A DNA stretch of 63,839 nt, counting the filler, from Octopus bimaculoides (taxonomy: Eukaryota): NCBI RefSeq assembly GCF_001194135.2. It is 9 parts of 8 records of this genome, joined end to end, with 100 filler letters (N's around TTAATTAATTAA, not from the genome) between each part and the next. Parts side by side here need not be neighbours in the genome. Positions count along the whole stretch, not along the records: positions 6,595 to 13,174 come from NC_069005.1; positions 13,275 to 23,806 come from NC_068984.1; 7 more parts are not named here. One strand, given 5' to 3'. Under the pieces are notes generated by a model that did no database searches, had not been told where the DNA came from, and worked only from the letters and a program-made list of their open reading frames with translations. A program made the translations under genes and the position numbers. Each line of letters begins with the position of its first letter. The stretch's first letter is position 1. Shown piece by piece: positions 11,297 through 23,370 of the stretch.

Positions 11297-12668
11297 CAAA
11301 CATACATATACATACATACACATCCTCATTTCATCGCTTTCTCTCTACAAGTCTTTCTCGTCTCCTTTCTTTCCTTCTATCTTTTCTCTCTAACTGGAGG
11401 TTAATTATCGCTGTGTTTAACCGACAATAACGTTGCCAGATATTGTGGCAGCCATGCTATGTTGCTTAATAAATTTGCCACGGGCCACAACATTTTGTCT
11501 CCTACCAATGACTTTGCTTGTTACATTTTCAGAAACTCACACAAAAGGACATCTCACATTCTTTCTTTCGTTCCCTTATCTCCTTCTCCATCTCACTCTC
11601 TTTCCATCTCTCCTGTATTTCTCTCCCTCTCGCTCTCTCTTTCTCACTCAATTGTTATCTCTTTCACATTCCGTCTTTCTCACTTCATCACCCATCATTC
11701 CCCCTTCACCACTCTCTCTCCCAGTCTCTATCATTTTATTTCTCTGTCTTTCGATTTCGTTTCCTCCCTNNNNNNNNNNNNNNNNNNNNNNNNNNNNNNN
11801 NNNNNNNNNNNNNNNNNNNNNNNNNNNNNNNNNNNNNNNNNNNNNNNNNNNNNNNNNNNNNNNNNNNNNNNNNNNNNNNNNNNNNNNNNNNNNNNNNNNN
11901 NNNNNNNNNNNNNNNNNNNNNNNNNNNNNNNNNNNNNNNNNNNNNNNNNNNNNNNNNNNNNNNNNNNNNNNNNNNNNNNNNNNNNNNNNNNNNNNNNNNN
12001 NNNNNNNNNNNNNNNNNNNNNNNNNNNNNNNNNNNNNNNNNNNNNNNNNNNNNNNNNNNNNNNNNNNNNNNNNNNNNNNNNNNNNNNNNNNNNNNNNNNN
12101 NNNNNNNNNNNNNNNNNNNNNNNNNNNNNNNNNNNNNNNNNNNNNNNNNNNNNNNNNNNNNNNNNNNNNNNNNNNNNNNNNNNNNNNNNNNNNNNNNNNN
12201 NNNNNNNNNNNNNNNNNNNNNNNNNNNNNNNNNNNNNNNNNNNNNNNNNNNNNNNNNNNNNNNNNNNNNNNNNNNNNNNNNNNNNNNNNNNNNNNNNNNN
12301 NNNNNNNNNNNNNNNNNNNNNNNNNNNNNNNNNNNNNNNNNNNNNNNNNNNNNNNNNNNNNNNNNNNNNNNNNNNNNNNNNNNNNNNNNNNNNNNNNNNN
12401 NNNNNNNNNNNNNNNNNNNNNNNNNNNNNNNNNNNNNNNNNNNNNNNNNNNNNNNNNNNNNNNNNNNNNNNNNNNNNNNNNNNNNNNNNNNNNNNNNNNN
12501 NNNNNNNNNNNNNNNNNNNNNNNNNNNNNNNNNNNNNNNNNNNNNNNNNNNNNNNNNNNNNNNNNNNNNNNNNNNNNNNNNNNNNNNNNNNNNNNNNNNN
12601 NNNNNNNNNNNNNNNNNNNNNNNNNNNNNNNNNNNNNNNNNNTATATATATATATATATATATATATA

Positions 12669-12709
<41 letters not shown>

Positions 12710-12889
12710 CATATATATATGTATGTATGTATAATTTAGGAATATCAGTGAGTTGTCATTATAGTACTCGGAGTTTCGAATGTCAGACCTAAGAGCTACG
12801 ATGCATTTTCGTCGGCTATTAATGGCAATAGACGGTATGAAAACCCGTGGAATAAAAGGGATTTATTTATTCTTTTATTCCTTTATTCT

Positions 12890-13100
12890 TTTACTTATTT
12901 CAGTCATTTGACTGCAGCTATACTGGAGCACCGCTTTAAAGGGTTTTAGTCAAAGAAATCGGCCCCAGGATTTATTCATTGTAAGCCTAATACATTTTCT
13001 ATCGGTCTCTTTTGCCTAATCACTAAGTTATGGGAACGTAAATACACCAGCATCGGTTATCAAGTGATGGTGGGAGGAAAACAGAGACTCACATACAGAA
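12890..13100 (-). mobile_element. tRNA-derived SINE, major family, 3' part
   Basis: TTTCAGTCATTTGACTGCAGCTATACTGGAGCACCGC...ATACACCAGCATCGGTT matches 51440-51793. Confidence 0.75.
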
Positions 13101-13135
13101 ATATATACATACATACACATATATACATATACAGA

Positions 13136-13174
<39 letters not shown>

Positions 13175-13671
13175 NNNNNNNNNNNNNNNNNNNNNNNNNN
13201 NNNNNNNNNNNNNNNNNNTTAATTAATTAANNNNNNNNNNNNNNNNNNNNNNNNNNNNNNNNNNNNNNNNNNNNAAGTCGGCGACACGCGGTTGAAGGCT
13301 AGCACGTGGGGGGCAGTCAGAAAACAGAGGAGTTACGAGAAAGACGTGTTCTGATCAGGAGCGATCGTGTACTCCGCTGCGGTCGACAAGGTAAGGTCCA
13401 ACGTTTCATTCTGTCCTTTTGCTTCTTGTTGTCTTTTTTCCTCCATCACACCACACCAACTATCTCAGTACTTCATTGGTACTTCATTTTATCGACCCCC
13501 GGAGGGATTAAAGGCCAAGTATTTGGATTATTATAATCATTTCTAACAATGCGAAACTAACACGGTGAAGAAACACATTTTTACATCCTTAAAAGACAAC
13601 GCTGCTCACACCTCAGGAACATATTAATGCACCTGATGGTGTAAGTAAAAAACTCTAGTAAAACTGTTGTT

Positions 13672-13716
<45 letters not shown>

Positions 13717-13725
13717 ATGACCTAC

Positions 13726-13980
13726 CTGAATTTCGTGCGTGTTGTGAATAATAAGGACCCTCATATTCAGATGACTAGTTTCCATAAGTTTCGTCATATC
13801 AGTTGGAATATAGGAGTACATACTGGGATGTGTCACAGAAAACGTAGAATACTGTTTCCGAGTAGATAAGACTACAAGACCCGACTGTTCAGCATCGGAC
13901 AGAAAAGGTTCGAAGTGACTGCTTACCAGCCTTGTTGTTGGGTTAATCCACATAACGAGGCCAAATTCTGCCAAGGCCAT
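13726..13980 (-). CDS. DUF1647-like protein, 4th detected exon (85 aa, phase 0/0)
   Basis: Acceptor tttcaAG at 13981-13982, donor GTaggt at 13725; MALAEFGLVMWINPTTRLVSSHFEPFLSDAEQSGLVVLSTRKQYSTFSVTHPSMYSYIPTDMTKLMETSHLNMRVLIIHNTHEIQ matches the DUF1647 pattern AL.EFG.V.W.D..VR / S.F..THP.MY.Y.PTD as I recall it. Confidence 0.88.
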
Positions 13981-14399
13981 CTTGAAACATAGAATTATGG
14001 AAAAATAAGATATATGAAATAAATGTACATGAAGGATTTGTCAACAACATCACTTTCTCTTTCTTCCTTACTATCAGACGAAGGACATGTGTTTAAAATG
14101 TTAGCGTCTTTACAATTCACAGCAATTAAACTTTTCGAATGCTCCCAAGAATTTTTCTATAAACTAATTGTTATACTATATTCAGATTTTATTGTATAAA
14201 TATATTTGTATGTTTATTTTTCTACTAAATACATGGAGGAAGAACAGTACCTGTGATCTTTGTACATCTTTTCCTACTGAGGAATGGAAACGATATGTGT
14301 TAAATCTAATCATCTGTAGGTAGACATCTGCTTATAAAAGTTGGATAGAGCGAGAAGTTCGGGAGATTGCAGTTATGGAATGGAGTCATTAGGTAATGA

Positions 14400-14620
14400 G
14401 TAGCGGAGATATGTAACCATCAGGTGAGCACAGGTGGTATGCAGCTACCTTGCTTAAATGAGAAGATGTTGTGGTGGTAGCAGTGGAAATGGAAAGGAAG
14501 AGAGAAGAAACAGTGTGAACCAATAAAAGAAGTGCGGGTGAACGGTTGTGTAGTCAGCAATTCTGAAATTATAAATTGATTGCACGACTTTGTGTCTGCA
14601 ACCAAGATACTTAGAAATAT
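14400..14620 (-). mobile_element. Decayed CR1/L2-like LINE 3' fragment
   Basis: Translation TQPFTRTSFIGSHCFFSLPFHFHCYHHNIFSFK weakly resembles CR1 C-termini. Confidence 0.35.
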
Positions 14621-15837
14621 ATTTCTAAAACTAAAGTGAAGTATTCAACACGTAGTCCTCAACAGCCTCAGTGCACCCATCTGCAGACAAGTATTTACAT
14701 TGGGAACAATTTATTGTTTTAATATCAGGAGCGCAAGGTTGCACATTTGTCGGTTCAATCGATCGCAGTATTTTGCTGGTACTAATTGTTTATCCGCTCT
14801 TAAGAGATAAAATTTATAGTTGACTACTGCTGGATTTAGACTGAAAATAAAAAATTACGTTACTAACTGTAAAAGAGGCATTTAGTTCAGAACTTGTCTG
14901 ATTCTACCATTCCACTACTCTGTCAAATTGACGAATATTTCACTGACTATCAGTGGCCTGCTTTCTTCCTCCCGTGTGCAAAACAAAGAGGAGCTGTATG
15001 CTCTCGTGTAAATTCTGTGCGCCCAATATATCTACATGTAACTCTACACCACGATTTGGAATAACTCACTACTGTAAATAGCGTTAGCGCTGTTAAAGCT
15101 GCCAAGTATTTCGACGATTTACAGCCCAAATGTTCCAGTTGATATAATCCGAAAGGTGTATGTTCAAATCCTACGGACAACTGGCCAGTTTGTTAACAAG
15201 GATAATACCAAGATAGGAAAAGAGAAACTCTCATTCACCTAGACCGACTACGAGAATACTTTTAATTCGGTCCTACATGACGGGATTATCGAAATTCTAA
15301 AAGTACATTAATTTGTCGACATCGTCGCGAAGATGATTACAACAACACTGAAGAAATAGCAGGTGGCTCCAGAGACCCAAAACTGTAAGCTGCGAACACT
15401 CACCATCTTGAAAGTCTCTTCAGTATTGTCAAGCGGTTTAGCAAGGGCATTAAGAAGTTTACTGGAATAAAGAAATGCATGAAACGGACATATACAGCAA
15501 GTAGATTGACCAGTGACGCAGATTATTTGAAACTTCAATAAAGAGAGATAATACAGCAGGAGCTGGACAAATCTGCATTCTACAAATATTGAGTACGTGA
15601 AAGGTGTCGAAACGAGAGTAAAAACTGAAAATTTGGAAACGTTCAAAAACTTTTAAAACTCCTCTTAATAACAAGAACGCTGTACCATCAACACATTTAC
15701 TGTGCCATTTAAATCATGATCTTGTGGTACTGGATTGGAGCTTGACTGAACTAAATTCCGTAAATTATAAATCTTATCAAAACAAAACACACTATTATTT
15801 TGACAACCACCGATTGCATTCACCCCTAGACGAGCAG

Positions 15838-15970
15838 TGGAGCCTTAGGAATAGTACCAACAGATATTGAGAGAAACAAAGAAAATGGGAACAGTATCCA
15901 GTAGTGCTTTTACAAAAAGTTTTCCTCCTTGGTACGGCCAGAATTATCAGAAAAGTATTAGATAGTTGAA
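15838..15970 (+). mobile_element. Old R4-type 3' end fragment
   Basis: Reads GALGIVPTDIE...LLQKVFLLGTARIIRKVLDS*, equivalent to the C-termini of the other R4 copies. Confidence 0.6.
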
Positions 15971-16082
15971 GAGAATAAATAACATAGTACTGTAGGCTAT
16001 AGGTAACAAACTTACTACCCGTGCAAAGATCCATAAGTTCCCATAAAACCTGAGTTAAAATAATAAATAATAATCGACTTGC

Positions 16083-16187
16083 CTGTATGATAACAGGTCT
16101 CCAAGACATATCAGAAGCATTATAGACATGAGATGGAAACATCCACTTCCAAAAGATTCGTGTTTCTACATTACAAGCTGTTTGTAA
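16083..16187 (-). CDS. DUF1647-like protein, 3rd detected exon (35 aa, phase 0/0, GC donor)
   Basis: Acceptor ttttttcAG at 16188-16189; LQTACNVETRIFWKWMFPSHVYNASDMSWRPVIIQ (family pattern C.V..R.F....YP.HV....Y.WKP.II); ends CAG|GCAAGT. Confidence 0.82.
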
Positions 16188-16278
16188 CTGAAAAAAATAA
16201 AACAAAATATAAAGAATATAAGAATTTAAACGTCTCTTTATTATTTATTTGCTTCGTTTTTTTTTTATGGGGGTCGTT

Positions 16279-16324
<46 letters not shown>

Positions 16325-16670
16325 CTGTAGTGGATCAGTGATTAGAGCTTCGGGCTCACAATCATGAGGTAGTGAGTTCAATTCCCAGATTGGGCTGTGT
16401 GTTGTGTTCTTGAGCAAGACACTATTTCACGTTGCTTCAGTTCACTCAGCTGTAGAAATGAGTTGCGACGTCACTGTTGCCAAACTGTATCGGCCTTTTC
16501 TTTTCCCTTGGATAACATCGGTGACGTGGAGAGAGGAGGCTGGTATGCACGGGCGACTGCTGGTCTTCAATAAACAACCTTGCCCAGACTTGTACCGCGG
16601 AGGGGAACTTTCTACATGCAATCCCATGGTCATTAATGAGCGAAGGGGATCTTTACCTTTTTTACCCTAG
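16325..16670 (+). mobile_element. tRNA-derived SINE, third family
   Basis: Head GTAGTGGATCAGTGATTAGAGC...GAGTTCAATTCCC (A/B-box-like), then GTGTTCTTGAGCAAGACACT; reverse copy at about 52900-53180. Confidence 0.75.
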
Positions 16671-17107
16671 TTAACGTATGAAAAATAGGCAGTCGCTGGT
16701 CAATGCGGAAAGTATGTTCCATGATTTTAATCGAATATTACGGGCACTGTGCCATATTCAAGGCAACTGTAACACTCTCCGTACTCTAAAATTGACGAGT
16801 ACTCAACTAGTTTGCTGCGTCCTGAGTCCAACTTTCTCTCACACACTCAATCTAGGTGATATAGACTCTAGCGCGTTCAAGTTGTTCTATATACACTCCT
16901 TGATGAATTATTCTTCAGCTGTGTCCCAAAGGCTTAATGATTAATAAGGATTACCGGACAGAACAAAAATAGAATGATTAACGAATATTTTGGCATTCTT
17001 GTCCCTGCTTGATGTTTATTTCATTATATATATACATACGAACATCGAATCACAGTTCACAAACTCAGAGTTTTGAATGTGTCATTTAATATATATGTAT
17101 GTAAGTA

Positions 17108-17166
<59 letters not shown>

Positions 17167-17192
17167 ATTGTTATATTATTATATATTTGAGA

Positions 17193-17452
17193 ATGGTCAT
17201 ATTTTTTGCCAATTATCCACTTGCATTATATACTTGTTCTTCACTTCAGATTTATTATTATTTTTAGAACGACAGAATGGTCTAAAAAGAACAGGAGGTG
17301 ACACGTGAGATGGGGAGTCGCTAAAGAGGTCACGCGATATGTGACGAAAGATTTCAAACAAAGGACACTAATATAACAATAATAATAATAAAGATGAAGT
17401 GAAGAACAAGTATATTGTGCATGTGGTTAATTGGCAAAAAAAATATGACCAT
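17193..17452. repeat. About 70-bp inverted repeat pair with about 120-bp spacer
   Basis: 17193-17260 is the reverse complement of 17382-17452 (ATGGTCATATTTTTTGCCAATT..TATACTTGTTCTTCACTTCA). Confidence 0.85.
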
Positions 17453-17554
17453 CCCCAAATACAAACAATATCTATTTCAACAGACGATTTCACATCGCAA
17501 ATCTTGCAAAACAAATATATAAACGTATTGAATGTGAGACAGTTTTTAACCAAA

Positions 17555-17712
17555 AATTACATGACCCCGCTTACCCACCCTCCCTATTCACCGATGAAAA
17601 CGCGCCTGAACCGATGCATTGCTTCAAATGGAGAATACTTTGAAGGCGATAGAAGAGGAATCATGTAAATCTAAGTGATTAAAATAATATTGCAAAATTC
17701 CGGTTTCTTTTG
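17555..17712 (+). mobile_element. Internally deleted mariner-like 3' end
   Basis: MTPLTHPPYSP fused to KTRLNRCIASNGEYFEGD, followed by TIR-like TTCCGGTTTCTTTTGGGTACTCCC. Confidence 0.7.
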
Positions 17713-17780
17713 GGTACTCCCTTGTGTGTATACATGTGTCTATGTGTGCGTGTGTGTGTCTTTGAGTATATGTATATATG

Positions 17781-17915
17781 CACTAGCGTAGCTGGAGTGT
17801 GTATCGCCCGGGGCGGCCCTTCTGTTTGCCGCCCCCGGTCCCCACAAAAAACACATATTACCTACAGCAGACCCAAAAGTGCCGCCCCTACCGCTACTCC
17901 CTCGCTACGCTAGTG
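17781..17915. mobile_element. 135-bp MITE
   Basis: Perfect 12-bp TIR CACTAGCGTAGC/GCTACGCTAGTG with a GC-rich interior; flanks TATATATG/TATGTCTG. Confidence 0.8.
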
Positions 17916-18113
17916 TATGTCTGTGTGCGTTTGTGCGTACATGCATCTATCTTTGAGTATATACGTGTGTGTGTGTGTGTGTGTGTGAGTGAGTAAGTGA
18001 AACAGGGAAATCTAACATGAAAGAAGTTCTTGTGTACGTGTAAATGCATCCGTGTGTGCGTATGTGCGCGCGCGTACAATTAATTAAAATGGCTTCTTTT
18101 AAAGCCCACTCAC

Positions 18114-18560
18114 CTCGTCCACCTCCTTGTCACCAAGGTCAATATTGAAAACCACTATTTTCTTGTCTGGGAGGAAATATTGTACTGAATCAATAAGCTT
18201 TTCTACATCACGAAAATTTTTCATTGTTGCTGCCGTCACGATTGTAGGGAACCGGTGTTCAGGTAAATATTCTAGATGCTTCTCTACTTGTTCCTCTATC
18301 TCGTGCTCAACTTGAGTGGCCTTTAAGGCAAAATGGCGTCCGTGAACTGGTGACGCTTCTTTACCTTTACTGACATAGAAATATTTGTAATGTTCGTCAG
18401 TGTGGTGGTCTTCATCTGGATGGTGCGGTACTTGTTCTCTAGGACTGACTGTATGCGTATTCTTCTCCAATTCTTTATGAAGTCGTACCAATTCTTCTCG
18501 CAGCTCCTCCTCTTTCTTCTTTTCAGCTAACCTTCTAACTTTTTCTTCCTCTAGTTTTTT
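18114..18560 (-). CDS. DUF1647-like protein, 2nd detected exon (149 aa, phase 0/0): end of coiled-coil, His-rich linker, start of domain
   Basis: Acceptor ttttttccAG at 18561-18562, donor GTGAGT at 18113; KKLEEEKVRRLAEKKKEEELREE...FPTIVTAATMKNFRDVEKLIDSVQYFLPDKKIVVFNIDLGDKEVDE matches the DUF1647 start V.VTAAS.NHF.E....I.SVQ...P...I..YDLGL as I recall it. Confidence 0.9.
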
Positions 18561-19205
18561 CTGGAAAAAATATAAAAGTCAGCCCCAGTCACCGATGAAT
18601 GAATTAATGTTGAAGAACGTTTTCTTACATTCTATAACTTGATTTACATCCTACCAACCTAACCATTTCTTCGAAGAAGCGTCATACACGAAACAATGTC
18701 ATTCATCACTTTCTGAGAATGAACTTATCCTGTTCTACAAATTTTACTAATTATTCTTAGGAGTTTTATTCCGACATGCACTATCACTAGTTTCCTCAGA
18801 TTCTAGTGTAGCGAAATCTATGATTTGAATCCCATTCTCTAAGTAAACAGGCCAGTGTCACGAATGAACCACGCAATTATCACGTGTATGTTCTATATAT
18901 CGATCAATCACCTTGCAGGAGATCACGCCACAAAGTCAAAACAAAAGTGAATGTCCTTGAGATTCGAACGTTTTTCTCTAGTTCTAAACAGTTTGGCGTC
19001 ACCTCCCGCTACAGTTAGGCAGAGCTATAGCAAGATTCAGCAGACTAATATCTTGTTTCTCGCTCCAAGAAAACCAATGGCTGAGTAAACACAGTTAAAG
19101 ACACGTTATTTCACTCTTGCCCACATTAAACCAGAGATGTGAGTAGATTCGAATAAACTCACATTTCGATTTTTATTCAAAACTAATCAGTTACTTTCTC
19201 TATAC

Positions 19206-19502
19206 CAGGGGTTTTCAAACTGTGGTCCGCGGACCACAGGGGATCCGCAAGGACAAGACAGGGGGTCCGTGGGCAGCAAATACTTTTTATGGGCAATTTG
19301 ATTTTATATATGTTTTTTAATCGAAATCTTTTAATTGACAATAAACCTATTTGTTAAATACTGTTAAATAAATAAATGTAAAAATATATGTTATTTTAAG
19401 CAAATATTTATGTATAAATTTCATAAGCGTTTATAAGGGGGTCCCTAAGGTAAAGCTTGAAATATAAAGGGGTCCACAAGTCAAAAAGTTTGAAAACCCC
19501 TG
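19206..19502. mobile_element. hAT (Charlie-like) MITE, 297 bp
   Basis: 16-bp perfect TIR CAGGGGTTTTCAAACT/AGTTTGAAAACCCCTG and perfect 8-bp TSD CTCTATAC (19198-19205, 19503-19510). Confidence 0.93.
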
Positions 19503-19924
19503 CTCTATACGAAGCCATTAATGACTGAGAATTTAGACATTATGAAAGTCGATCCCTATATCCTAAGTTTCTTTACAGTGAGTATTTGAAAATTTATGTA
19601 TATCCATAAACAGCTTTTCCTTAAATAAATATATTAGAAAATGTTCGCGAGTTTTGTTCGTTTGCAACACATGCAACCCAGTTTAATCCGTAATAATCTT
19701 ACGGCAAAACCACAACGACTAATATAGAACAACACATTTCCCGAAACTAATATTTTTCTTCGATAATATAGATTGCATGAAAAAAAAGGCTTTCACTTCT
19801 TATTAGCTATCTTATCAAGAGTTATATATCTACACACAAACAGTCTGTTAAAATGAGAGCATACATTTATCGCCTGCCTATAGTTTATTCATCGCTTAAA
19901 CAAATTCAATCTAGGTTATTTAAA

Positions 19925-20120
19925 AAGGAGCATTCCGTCGGTTACGACGACGAGGATCCTAGCTGATACGACCAACGGAACAGCCTGCTCGTGAAATTAA
20001 CGTGCAAGTGGCTGAGCACTCCACGGACACGTGTATCCTTAACGCAGTTCTCAAGGCGATTCAGTCTGACACAAAGTGTGACAAGGCTGACCCTTTGAAA
20101 TACAGGTACTACTCATTTTT
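19925..20120 (-). mobile_element. SINE 3' portion (same family as 63528-63839)
   Basis: Reverse complement of the TCAAAGGGTCAGCCT..GTCACAC..CAGCCACTTGCACGTTAATTTCA segment at the window end. Confidence 0.8.
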
Positions 20121-20693
20121 GCCCATCATAATTTTATAAATGCAATAAAACATATTTAGTTAACAGATATTATGTAGAAATTATGTATTGATGTACAATA
20201 TATTAACTGCGCTTTTAATTCGAATCCACACTACAAACACTTTTTCATTACATGTGTAAGTACCGCGCAAGATTGTTTCATACTGCATTTTCTGGTCTTT
20301 CCAAAATTTCATTTCGCTGACAATATTGGAGTTATTTCTCTTATTTACGTCTTAAGGATGTTAAGCACTCCTATGAGCGTTTTTGTTATTCGGTTTCTCA
20401 AACATACGTATTACGGGGTTGGCTAATCCACACCTACTTACATACACCTACACACACACCTACACACACACACCTACTCGNNNNNNNNNNGCAGCGGTGA
20501 TAGCAGTGACTGTCTCCTGCTAGTGGTATAATGGTGTAAATATGAGTGCTTTTATGCATATATGCACCACAAAATCACATGAGAGATTCTCTCGTGGTAA
20601 ATATCGCAGTATTGTGTGTTCTAACACAACGTCCACTTTTAAGTGGTGTTAAGTTCTACCTTTCAGTATTAATACTGTTTCTGTCGCTTGAAT

Positions 20694-20802
<109 letters not shown>

Positions 20803-21147
20803 CATTTTTTTTTACTTCCGAGAAGGTAAAATTTAATTGTCAGCAGTTGACTTAAAGATCAGATTCTCTTCAATGTTGAAATCTCTACATTTTTCCAAAA
20901 TTTCACTTCGTTGTTTCCATTAGAATCTTCTTTTCATTAATTTTAAAATTTCAAATTGAAACTAATTATGAGATGACTGGTTGTCTGATAACCTACCTGT
21001 TCAATCAGCTGCGGCTCTCTCCACAAAATCTCTACTATCTTTAAACCCGATATTGTCGAACAACACGCAGACACATAAACAACAACATCAACAGACAATA
21101 CATATTACAAATCACCATTCAATTTTGATTAAGTCATCAGAACTTAC

Positions 21148-21456
21148 TCTCTTTTCTTCTTCCTCGCGGAGCAGTTCTTCTTGAAGTTTCAATTCCAATT
21201 TGTGCCGTCGTTCTTCTTCTTCTTTGAGTTCATGTTCTAATTTGAGAGCTTTTTCCTTAGCCTCGATTGCTTCTTCAGCTTTATGTAAAATCTGGTCGCG
21301 TATATCATCCTCCGACTTTTGATCTCTAGAAGTGTCTGAATGCTTATCTGGTTTTTTGTCCTGTTTTGCTTTCAGGATTTCTTTATCGTTTTCTTTCTCA
21401 AAGTTGTCTGATCTACTAATAATTACGTCATTTTCATCTGTATCAGATTTCAGTTC
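21148..21456 (-). CDS. DUF1647-like protein, 1st detected exon (103 aa, phase 0/0), acidic/charged and coiled-coil
   Basis: Acceptor ttctatttctAG at 21457-21458, donor GTAAGT at 21147; open frame ELKSDTDENDVIISRSDNFEKENDKEILK...AEEAIEAKEKALKLEHELKEEEERRHKLELKLQEELLREEEEKR continues in frame into the 18560 exon. Not in the ORF track because it lacks a start codon. Confidence 0.85.
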
Positions 21457-22704
21457 CTAGAAATAGAAGTAAAACAAAAAACTGAGTGTCAATCAGACAT
21501 ATATTAGAAACATCAAACAAATGTGTAATTCCAATGATTAGATAACTTCATCAACAAAAGACTCGTTTACTAGATGCAGGTAGCTATAAGAGGATAATGT
21601 GATGTGATCCAGATGTTACTAAGTTTAATGATATAACGTTAATATGCAGATGTGCTCTGGGTGTGAGTTCTAACGATAATATGACGTTGATATCAAACAA
21701 ACATTCAAAAGATATCACTTCCTAAAAAAAGACCATTTGCAAAAGATACAACAGTCAGGCCAATGAAGGAGAGTTTATGTGATCGCTCGACTAACTAGAA
21801 ATACCTAATCTATAATTGCCTGTCTCTCCCTCTCTCATTTTCCCTCCTCTCTCTCTCTCTCTCTTATTCACACATATACACATCTTGGGTAATTGTCTTT
21901 TATCGAGGCTTCGTATTATAATCGCCTCAAGCCTTTTGAGTGAAATTGCGTAGAGGAGAAACTGCAAAATCCTGTCGGATATTCTTCATCTCTAATTTTG
22001 TAATTTTTTATTTTTTATGGAAGGACACGCTATTGTACCATGATTGTACAATGAAGTTCTACAAATATTAAAAAAAAAATGACAAGCTGATGACAACTGG
22101 ATCGCTTTTGATCATAGCCCTGGTCAATCAGAGCTGGGTTTGAGTTAAAAATATATTTCATACACAGAAACATATCTGCGATCTATCTTTTTTGTTGCTT
22201 TTATCGCTCTGTTTAAGCACCAAAGATCCTGGTGCATTTCTAGAACTGTTGTCAGGCATACGTTGTTGTTGACTGTTCGATCAGGGCTGATCAGGTCCTT
22301 TTTCTCTTCTCTGTTTCTTTTTTTTTTTTTTAAGACTGTAGGGTGTGATTTGAAGGCGATTTGATTTTGGTTTCTACAAAAAGACAGATAACAGATATCG
22401 ATTTTAGAGAATAGAATATTTTAAAAACTCAAACCCAGAATTAGTGAGTATATCCGACGGAATTATGCAGTTTCCAGCCACTCTTTTTTACTCACAAGCC
22501 TTGATATGTATGCGTTAAAAAGAGAGAGGAGGGTGAAAGAGAGAGGAGAGAGAGAGAGAAGTAGTTGTAGATTAGGTATGTATTATTTGACTCATAAATG
22601 GAGGCGAACAATCAACTGTGTCCTAGAACTTAGAATGCAAATCTTGTCTGACGCATAAATATTTCTGTTTGTATTTGCTGTGTATGTGTATAAATAGATA
22701 GATA

Positions 22705-23370
22705 GGATCTTGTTCAAAACGGGGGCACCAGTATTTTCTTAACGAAACACTTTGAAACTTGGGACACTGGTAGAATGTGTCATATAAAACATCTTTTTCT
22801 CTTAGTCTTCTTAACAAAAAAACGTACATCGCAAGTTATTTCATGTTAAAGTTGTCGTATTTCTGTAATTTCAACCAATGACTGACGTCCATTCAGCCGT
22901 AAAAATTAAGTGCTGACTACGTAAACAAACGATTCGCGGCGGTGATAAAATTATTATTTCCTTGTCAAAAAATGGCTGAAGCATATTGGCAGTAGCTAAT
23001 AAANNNNNNNNNNNNNNNNNNNNNNNNNNNNNNNNNNNNNNNNNNNNNNNNNNNNNNNNNNNNNNNNNNNNNNNNNNNNNNNNNNNNNNNNNNNNNNNNN
23101 NNNNNNNNNNNNNNNNNNNNNNNNNNNNNNNNNAGATTAAATACGCTTTACACCGCTTAGGAGTAACTGTAAACAGCTGAATACTTGTCAGTGATTGGTT
23201 GAAATTATCGAAATAAGACAATTTTTTACATGAAATAAATCCGAATACAAAAATTTTTTTCTGTTCTATAACACAAAATAGATAAGTATACGAAGTTTGA
23301 AAGTCTTTTGGTACCAAAAACACTACATAAAACATTAATGAAAACTGGTGCCCCGTTTTGAACAAGGTCC
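22705..23370. mobile_element. Non-autonomous TIR element inserted in (GATA)n
   Basis: TIRs GGATCTTGTTCAAAACGGGGGCACCAGT / ACTGGTGCCCCGTTTTGAACAAGGTCC; GATAGATA on both sides; contains an N gap. Confidence 0.75.

Noticed and set aside
11433-12739. Long ORFs of 350-430 aa in the track (also 41633-42485)
   Set aside because: They are made almost entirely of N-derived X and microsatellite translation.
13275-13400. GC-rich fragment ending in plus-strand CAAG|GTAAGG
   Set aside because: It starts at a gap and has no acceptor or homology; it could be a repeat 5' end and cannot be called an exon.
14950-15680. YIGRT (GIY-YIG-like) peptide and ORFs at 15308-15674
   Set aside because: Single short motif with no consistent frame or second motif; cannot be assigned.
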